This document shows, one piece after another, positions 54,315 through 64,000 of a DNA stretch of 64,000 nt. The stretch is from Octopus vulgaris (taxonomy: Eukaryota), in the NCBI GenBank assembly GCA_951406725.2, contig OX597815.1, forward strand, positions 182,652,001 to 182,716,000, given 5' to 3'. The notes under the pieces are model-generated. The model was given only the letters and a program-made list of their open reading frames with translations, was not told the origin of the DNA and searched no databases. The first letter of the stretch is position 1. The number at the start of each line of letters is the position of its first letter. A program made the position numbers and the translations under genes.

Positions 54315-55485
54315 CTATGCATATATATATACAATTAGTTTATTTTATATCGTCTGTTTGTTTTTGTTTTTTTGGTTTTTTTTTGCTTTTATGCTTCATT
54401 GTATTATTAGTAAAAAGAGTTACACACAATGCTGGTATAATATATCATACAACATTTTTTATCAATATATTAGTCATATGATACTAATTCCTTCCAGCTT
54501 TTACTACTATTGACATTTGGAAATCTGTGCCGATAGATATCGTCTTTGTTAACTTGTTGATACGTTCGATAGGACACGTGCATGGACAAACATCATATTT
54601 TTATTCAGACTCTATTGATAGATATGAGAAGCTCGTATCTTTTCATTGTATTCTCAAAACTACTTACCGAACCTTGTCATCCCTGCTTCCGGCTGCACTT
54701 CCCATAGTCCTATATAGATTATTGGGATAATTCCGAAGTATGCGCACTTCACTACGTATGCTACAACCTTAGGTTTAGAATTTGCCTGTAGAGTGGACTG
54801 CAAAATCTGAAATACTTTGTTTTTGTACAGAGTGACGTGGAAAAAGGGTGAAGCTTACTAATTGGTGTTTTCTTTTAACCAATCGACATTTTTCTTCATT
54901 TTTTTCTGGCAACTTAATATCTGTTCGTTTCTTGTAAACCTCCTTTTATCCAGTAAAGGGGTTTGTTCCTGGGTCCACGTCCAGCATTGCATTCAGGACT
55001 TTTGTCGTTGTAACACAAACCTAATTTGCATCGTTTATATTCCAACATTTCTACCGTTCTCTCCGAATGAGACACGCATTAGTATCATTTACATTTTTAG
55101 TTTTTGTTGTGAGAACTACACTCCAGATGGACGACTGCACTTTGCAGTTTTACATTTCATACGTTAGATTAATACAAGTTAAACTGAGAGATGCATTGTA
55201 CGGAAGCATTAGTAATGTCTCTGCTTCTATTAACAAACTTCTCATTCCAATACTAGCGAGAATGGGCGACTACTGTCGCTTAACACTCGTGCACGAGTGC
55301 ACGTATTTTTATATATATGTATGTCCATTTATATATACATATTAATAGTTAATCCATATTGGCTTCAGCAGTTGCTTTTCTTATAATTTACCTGTTTCTA
55401 ACATATGTATAGAAAGATATTTTCCCAATATCTTATCCTGTCTCCCACTTTGTCTACAATCATGCTTATATATATATATATAATT

Positions 55486-55530
<45 letters not shown>

Positions 55531-55545
55531 ACTCTCTCAACACAC

Positions 55546-55583
<38 letters not shown>

Positions 55584-55754
55584 GTGCCTTTACTGTAGTT
55601 ATGTGAACAATTGTTTTCTAATACACATACAAATCGTCCCAAACATATACACACAGATTCATATCAACGGGTCCCCACAAAAGTAAGCTAAAGCCTGCTG
55701 AAATAGCAAACAGATAGACACTGGGGAAAATAATAAGGTAGAATGAGAGAGAAA

Positions 55755-55803
<49 letters not shown>

Positions 55804-55988
55804 GACAGAGGAGAGGAAATTAATGGGCACATTTAAGATAAAAGTTGTGTAAAAGAATGATATTCTGAAAAAGAATTTTCGATGCAGTGAAATTATCAAC
55901 GCAATTCACGATATGATTATACTAAGATAAATTGAAGTACGTGACAGACAAATATAAGATACTTACATGCAATGAGAGAGGGAGAAAC

Positions 55989-56032
<44 letters not shown>

Positions 56033-58019
56033 GTTACGATAGAGATGAAAAGGAATATTTATGCATCTGCCCATTCGATTGGGGCATTGCAGTTGAAGCC
56101 TTTGATGAAATATCTATCTGAGTAGGACAAACCTTGGGCTAAACTAAAATAATACCAACTTTCTATAAATAGTTGCTTCAGATAAAAACCAAAACTGATA
56201 TATGCACTGTTGTAATAATACAGCTGCTCACTTGAAGTGGACATTTTCTTCTGCTTGAATAAAGACAAATGCTTCAATGGAAAACTTCGAAATCTGCATT
56301 TTTTTGTCCACCATCTTATTTAATCACATTTCTACCCGTAGCTATAGTAGTGCATGTTATTTAGGTTACAATTTTAAACTGTTGTAATTTTCAGGCAAAA
56401 ATTTAGCATCACTCCTAGTTTGCAAATGGAAGTATAAGTGGAACGAACAAGGAAAGAATACTTTGTTATATAAAATAGATCTGTATCTTTTTACTGTTCT
56501 TGATATCGAATTGAATTTCAAGTGGCTCTGCTTTGTTTCTTACTTAAATTTCAGTCTTAGCTTCATTGGAAGAATTACAAACATCAAAAAACAGAGATAC
56601 ACATATGTATGTGAGTGTGTGGATGTGTAATGTCTGTATATGATGTATATTTTTCTGTGTTTCTTTGGTGGTGGTGGTGGTGGTGGTGGTGGTTGTGGTG
56701 GTGATGATGGTGGTAGTGGTGGAGTGTGTACATCTAAACAGACAGATCTAGATTAAGAACTGCAGCAGATATGTAATTATTTCTCTTCACAAACATTCTC
56801 AAATTTCAAGAGGTCATGCACATTTGTGGATGAAAGCATATAATGGGTATTGTGTGACATGAAAAGCATTGCATTTCGTCATTTGTCAGAACCAAGATCG
56901 AATAATATATTACATCGACATATGTTGAAATGGATTTATTTTATTGATATGCTTAATTCAACTAACAAGATTATTTCGCTAAGTCAAACCTACTCACCCA
57001 TGATCTTATAAATGTCCTTTGGAAAAGTTTTATAAGATAGCTCTTTGCAAAAAAAAACTAAATGGAAATGATTTATTTATATACGACTAAATATGCACAA
57101 TATAGATATACACATAATTTAGAAACAAACAGTCACACATACATGCTCCCACACACATATATGTATTTGTATTTGTATCATGTAAGTTAGTGCATGCTTT
57201 TTGGATGGCATACAGAGCTTGTAAATGCTGTATGTTAGTGTGTGCGTGTGTATGTGTTCACGTATTGTTGATCTTGCATTTACTTAACCGAATGCACATA
57301 TTTGTAAAAGATATATTTAATAATGCTGTATGCATTTACATAGAAGTAACTGTTCTTTTATCAAAATTCCGATCGATTATGGATGATTCAAAGTAGCCAT
57401 CTTCTGTATGATACAGAATATAAATACAAATCTAAAACCAAAAATGCTTAAAGTTAGATATCGTGCCGATAACTAAGGTAGAAAAATATCTAACATTTTT
57501 TGTCTTTTTGTCTTTGTGATCCCTAGATATGGCTCCTTATAATCTGGATATATGGACCCCTTTTAATATAAACTAGAGCGATCTAAGAAACTTATATCTT
57601 AATATGTACTATCGAAGATTTCATTATTTGCATCTTATTGTTTTCACAAATAATTTTAAAATATTAAATGGAAAATGACCTTATATTTTTATGAGTTGAA
57701 TCAATCTCTGTTTTTTGTTGCACAGTAAACGTTTCAGCGTCAATCTGTCGACCGACATATTCAACGTAGAAATATACTAGCGGGATAGATAGCATGTAAT
57801 ACTTAGCTTTGTGCCTCGTTGAAGTGAACGCAAAGTCGACCAAAATATGTTTTGTTTTCTTTACTCTGAGTTCTGAGGCTATCAAACACCAATTGCCAAC
57901 ATTTATTTCCAACCCAACACAGTCGATATAGATAAGTGTTAGATTGTACACTGAGAACGACTTAATTACATACGGTGTTTCGTTATCTTGCAAAGTCCAT
58001 AAGTTGACTAAGTCCATAC

Positions 58020-58202
58020 TTAATTACTTTTGTCCCTATGTCGGAAGGAGGTTATGTGATTGGCATAGCGATTTTTAAATTCATCTTCATATAATCCAAT
58101 ATAGGTCTTCTTATCAGTTGTATTATTATTATTTAAGGTTGTAGTAACTTCTGCCTCATATATGAGAGATTTAGTCATACAACGTTGGGCAAGTGCTTCC
58201 AT
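58020..58202 (-). mobile_element. Penelope-like GIY-YIG endonuclease fragment
   Basis: CMTKSLIYEAEVT..KTYIGLYEDEFKNRYANHITSF. Confidence 0.8.
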
Positions 58203-58459
58203 GCATTTATATAAATATATTTTGAAGAAATGGAAAATTCCGCCTATTCCTGACTGACTTTATATCTTCCCAACTTTATCATTTAAGGTCTAAGCAGGGT
58301 AGCTCTTTTACCTTTTTACTTTTTATTTTTGACATTTTAGTTTTTGTAATTTCGTTATCCGTTTTTCCTTTTCCGTTGTTAACATTCTGCATTTTCCATA
58401 AGTTGCTGCCTTAGTTTCTTCTATTATTCAATTTTTTAGTTCGTTATGTTATGTGGTTT

Positions 58460-58512
58460 ACGCCTGAAGAATATGTCTGAGTTTTGTCAACATATGAAAC
58501 TATTAATAGCGC
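58460..58512 (+). ncRNA. Degenerate hammerhead motif
   Basis: CGC-CTGAAGA-ATATGT..ACATAT-GAAA-CTATTAATAG-CG; cleavage triplet damaged. Confidence 0.45.
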
Positions 58513-58769
58513 TTTAATATATGTATTGCGTCCTTTAAGTAAATAATATTTATCTCTCGGATTTCTTCAAGGTATACGGGATAAGCCACCTATACTGGAT
58601 ACAACTCAATTAACAAGAACTCACCACTTGAATGGACCATAAGCAAACTTTGATTTAAACAGGATTTAGATAATCCTATCAAGTGGTGCTATTAAGTTAG
58701 ACATAGCCTGGACCAATCTTTGGTCGAAACATATCTAAGTTTACCTAAGTTTATATATATATTCTAAAG

Positions 58770-58815
58770 AAAACTGTCCGACGAACGGGAACGTGAAACT
58801 CTGAGTAACAGTTTT
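58770..58815 (+). ncRNA. Compact type I hammerhead with U4C core change
   Basis: AAAACTGT-CCGACGA-ACG ggaa CGT-GAAA-CTCTGA-GTA-ACAGTTTT. Confidence 0.65.
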
Positions 58816-59539
58816 TGTGATATTTTTGCTGATTTTTATAAAGTATATATATGTGTGTGTATATATATATATATATGTGTGTGTGTGTATGTGTGTGTGT
58901 GGAGATATTTTGAACTAATAAATTTCATTATCAAGTTTATGTACTTCTAATATTTGTGCAAGTTGTCTGTCATGTTCGATGTAATAAAATCTTCATATCT
59001 CTATGTAGACTAGAAAGAAAATCTTTGATATTCCTTCAGAAATACGTAATTTTCATTTTGCAAGTAATTATATTTGTCGAGAGCTAGATCATAGATTATC
59101 ACATAACCAAAATTGTATTATTTTCTTTCTGTTTTCAAATGTATTTTGTCTTGCATATTCTAATTCTTTGCGGTTATATGAATATCAAATTAACAGGAAA
59201 TATGGAATTTTGATGTTTTCTTTTTCCTTTCGTATATGAAAATAATCTCAGCAGAAATATGGAATTATCAATAAGAAATATGGAAACATAATTGTTTATT
59301 ACAGTGGAAGTCAAAATATCTAGCATTCTTTCAGGTTAGAAAGTAGGTAGACGAGTAATTGACCATTCTTGTCGAGTTCTATTCTGTATGAATAAATAAC
59401 TCCTCACTAACAACATCTGATAACTTATTTTCCATTCACGGTTCTCCCAAATATTATATTTTTGTCTACAAGGACAAGCCTGAACGTATGCATTTCTACA
59501 CACACACTAACACAAATAAATTATATTCTTTTCTACTTT

Positions 59540-59680
59540 AAACACAAGGCCCGAAATCTTGGTGGGGGATGGGACCTGTCCATTAGATGTACCCCAGTAC
59601 GCAACTGGTACTTAATTTATCGACCCCGAAAGGATGAAAGACAAAATCGACCTCGGCGGAATTTGAAATCAGAACGTAAA
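59540..59680 (-). mobile_element. SINE family A, 3' part
   Basis: Central domain homology. Confidence 0.75.
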
Positions 59681-59699
59681 GGAGAGTAAGGTCTTTGAC

Positions 59700-60289
<590 letters not shown>

Positions 60290-60330
60290 AATATCTATAC
60301 ATGAGCATATATAACTTTTCGTTCTTAACT

Positions 60331-60706
60331 CGTTTCAGTCATTGGACTGCAGCCATGCTGAAGTGCTGTTTTGAATGGTTTCAGTCGAATTAATGGAACC
60401 CAGTACTTATATTTTTAAAAGCCTGGTATTCATTCTATCAGAATATTTTGTCGAACCAGTAGGTTACGGAGATGTAAACACACCTACACTGGTCACTGGT
60501 CACTGGCCGGTAAGCGGTGGGGGCAAACAAATACGGACACAAAGACACACACACATACACATATATAAAACGGGCTTCTTTCAGTTACCGTATACCAAAT
60601 CCACCCCGCTATAGTGGAAGACGGTTGCCGAAGGTGCCACACAGTAGAACTGAACCCGGAAGCATTTGCTTGCAAAGCAAACTTCGTATCAGACAGCCAC
60701 GCATCC
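60331..60706 (-). mobile_element. SINE family C, diverged
   Basis: Head and tail homology. Confidence 0.75.
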
Positions 60707-60737
<31 letters not shown>

Positions 60738-60795
60738 TGTATGTATGTATGTATGTATGTATGTATGTATGTATGTATGTATGTATGTATGTATG

Positions 60796-60828
<33 letters not shown>

Positions 60829-60851
60829 ATGTGAATGTATATATATACATA

Positions 60852-60884
<33 letters not shown>

Positions 60885-60943
60885 ATGTGAATGTATATAT
60901 ATATACATATATATATATATATGTATGTATGTATATGTAAATG

Positions 60944-61009
<66 letters not shown>

Positions 61010-62522
61010 CATATAAGGAAAGGCAGTGAGAGAGACATACATTCATACATACAGATGCCTCTTAGTGTATATTATATTCAGACACTAATAAGCTCATCTG
61101 GATCAATATTGGAAGATATCTGTCCAAGCACCAAAGAGATCCTTATAATTACAAAGATAATGAAGCATAATCGCTCCTGACACCAAAACAAGTAAAATTT
61201 CAAGGCCACCTTCATCATTCTCATCACTGTCGTAGCAATCACTTCGAAAGTGACACGTAAATATTTGTAACAACTGATATAATTGAACATCACCGAAACT
61301 GAATAAAAGAATTATCGAAAGCTTCACTGGTCCTAAATCTCTGAGTGACTTTCCCATTTCAAAACTTCCTGATTAATCTACTCTTGACTGGTTATTTCCG
61401 CCGTCAATCTCAAATTCTATCAATTGTCCGGTCTTATATTTAATCCTCTCTTAGCTTCGGATTTAGTACACTAGATTACATGTTCGACTAATTTACTTGC
61501 ATACAACTCTAAATTTCCTTTTATCTCTTTCAAGGCAGCTGTAATAGAACAATGGGTTTTTTTTATATATGTTATCTAAGACGAAATTTGGCGTCGAATG
61601 TTATTCCATTTTATTTCCTGTTGTGCTTTTCTTGTCTCCTGTTCCAAGTTACAGTACTCTTATTATGTATTGATAAAGTTAAAATCTCTTTGGTTCCAAT
61701 TAAGATACACATTTCAAAAAGCGTAATTATGTGGAGAGAGTTAAGAATTCTATTTTTGGACATCGACAACAACAAAACAACTCTCTATAATAAATCAAAA
61801 GAGATTCTACATTTGTGCACCCAACAAAAAAAATTAATGTTGCACATACCATAGCAATATGATAGAAAGTCTAGTGTAGTAATAATAGTAAGCAGTAACC
61901 ATGAAGAAAAAATTATTTTGATTGCTTGTCACTTGAAACAGTTTCATTTCTCGAGAAGGCGAGGTGTAATAGCCTTCCAGAAAACTTCTCACAGTGCAAC
62001 ATAGAAGATTTCAAAAGTGAGAGGGAAGTAAAAACAAAACTGATAGGTGACTCATTTGAAACCTTACAAATGAAGCAAATATTCAGTTTGAGAGATTTGA
62101 ACATGTATCGGGAAAAGATGGAACAACTATGTAAGAAATTTTATTCGATATTCTAAAGAAGCTACTGAAAAACGAAACGAAATATTTCCTTATAACAATA
62201 TATTCAAATGTTCAAGACACTCCGGTATGGATAACCTTGTTTGTTTGGCAACTCTTTTTTCTTACAAAGAATATAAAAAAAAAGATTTGAAAAAAATTAT
62301 GACTGCAATATTCTTCAGTTAACTTAATATATATATCAAAGCAATTTAAACTCAATGCTTAAATGTTATTAAAATGATATAGCGACAATCAATAGGAACT
62401 ATAATAAATAATGTAATAATGTACTGCATATCTTTAAAGAAACATAAAGCAGCACAATTCAGATGTGGGAAAATAGGCAAAGGATATATATAAAAGTATG
62501 TACATATGTACGTATATAAATC

Positions 62523-62660
<138 letters not shown>

Positions 62661-63788
62661 TACCGTTGGTGGAATAAACGGGACAAACGAACTCGATATT
62701 TCGATATTATTCAAGAATACATATATAATTTTATGTAGTCTTACATGTTTGTATAAGTTAACGCACACACACACACACACACACATATACATATATACGT
62801 GCATACATATATACTTACATACATATTATATGTAAGTATGTAATGGTTTGTATTTATTAGGAATTCACATAAATCATTATTTTTCGTTTCCAATAAATAT
62901 TCCGATGCATATGATCGGTTTTCCGTAGCCAAAATATAAATAGTCTCTGATAGGAATTGAAAAGTGCTTTTCTGACTCAGATATACCAATTAATTTCGTC
63001 TCTTTTCACCTCTTTTCAAGGAATTGCAATTGATCCCATTTATTCTACAACGTTACGTAATTATCAGTGAAAATTAAAATTGTGCTTAAAGGCTCTTAGT
63101 CAGGGGAAAGGTCAGTGCCATTACCCTATACAGGACCTCCGACACGAGTGAGATTTGGACGGTAGGTACCCTGAAACCAGAGATCTGGACCGTGTGTTAG
63201 TAAGAGCACAGTCGGATTAAGTCTAGTCCGGCGTGATTTTAACTCAAAATGCGAAAAACAATATCATATATCTTAAAAGCATCGTTTCTGATTTCTTCTG
63301 CAGCTCCCGGAAAGATAAAAGGGAAAGATGACCTCGATTGGATTTGAACCCAAATAGCAGTAGTTGGCACAAATACTACGATGCGCCCTAGCTCACGCAG
63401 AGGTCACTCAGCCAATTCGCTACCTATACTCGGTGTGTGTCTGTGTGTGTTTGTGTGTGTGTGCGTGTGAGCACCCGTGTATGAGTTTAAATTTGTGCGT
63501 TTTTTTTTATTATTTAAAACCAAGTTTGAGAAAGGCAACAGGAAATTCATTGATGAATATGTGACTCGCTAAGACTAGAGTCAACTTTTACTTTCTGTAA
63601 AATTCGTGTTAACTGGGAAATTTAGTTTCTCCAGACGGTTTAATTAGTCAATATAAATCAACCAATATAAATCACTCGCTAAATATTCCTTCTTTTAACG
63701 ATGTTCTTTGTCTACTTCGTATTTAAACTTCACAGGGAAATCTTTATTTTACTGTGTGAATAACACACATATGGATATACATATACAT

Positions 63789-63845
<57 letters not shown>

Positions 63846-63859
63846 TATATATATAAATA

Positions 63860-63909
<50 letters not shown>

Positions 63910-63950
63910 TATTTCGGAATGGTCATATTGCCAGTTTAGCCAAATATTTA

Positions 63951-64000
<50 letters not shown>

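Noticed and set aside
54520-55130. Possible degraded retroelement coding sequence (also 61080-61480, 5990-6130)
   Set aside because: Motifs too decayed to assign by eye
61926-62156. 76-aa non-repetitive ORF (also 10378-10638, 48170-48346)
   Set aside because: No recognisable motif or convincing splice context; cannot be supported as exons
63090-63235. GC-rich patch with GCTCTTA/TAAGAGC complementarity
   Set aside because: Could not be fitted to HDV or hammerhead topology; too little pairing

Overview
AT-rich, microsatellite-saturated eukaryotic DNA. The repeat families (tRNA-derived SINEs resembling the octopus OR1/OR2/OK types, R4/Dong and CR1 LINE relics) point to a coleoid cephalopod, probably Octopus; this is inferred from repeat recognition only. 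No intact host protein-coding gene or convincing exon was found, and nearly all long ORFs in the track are translated microsatellites. The window holds at least four SINE families (over 25 copies), R4/Dong, CR1-like, possible Tx1/L1-like and Penelope-like fragments, three non-autonomous Helitrons, Tc1/mariner relics and an unclassified ~540-bp (TAA)n-targeted repeat. The most notable signal is RNA-structural. There are about a dozen type I hammerhead ribozyme motifs from several unrelated repeat families, mostly beside (TA)n tracts, with palindromic or loopless stem III. There is also a degenerate HDV-like ribozyme candidate starting exactly at an insertion junction, and an isolated ~150-nt G:U-rich hairpin. 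SINE and CR1 LINE copies share a 3' stem-loop with compensatory changes. All structures were folded by eye and coordinates are approximate.
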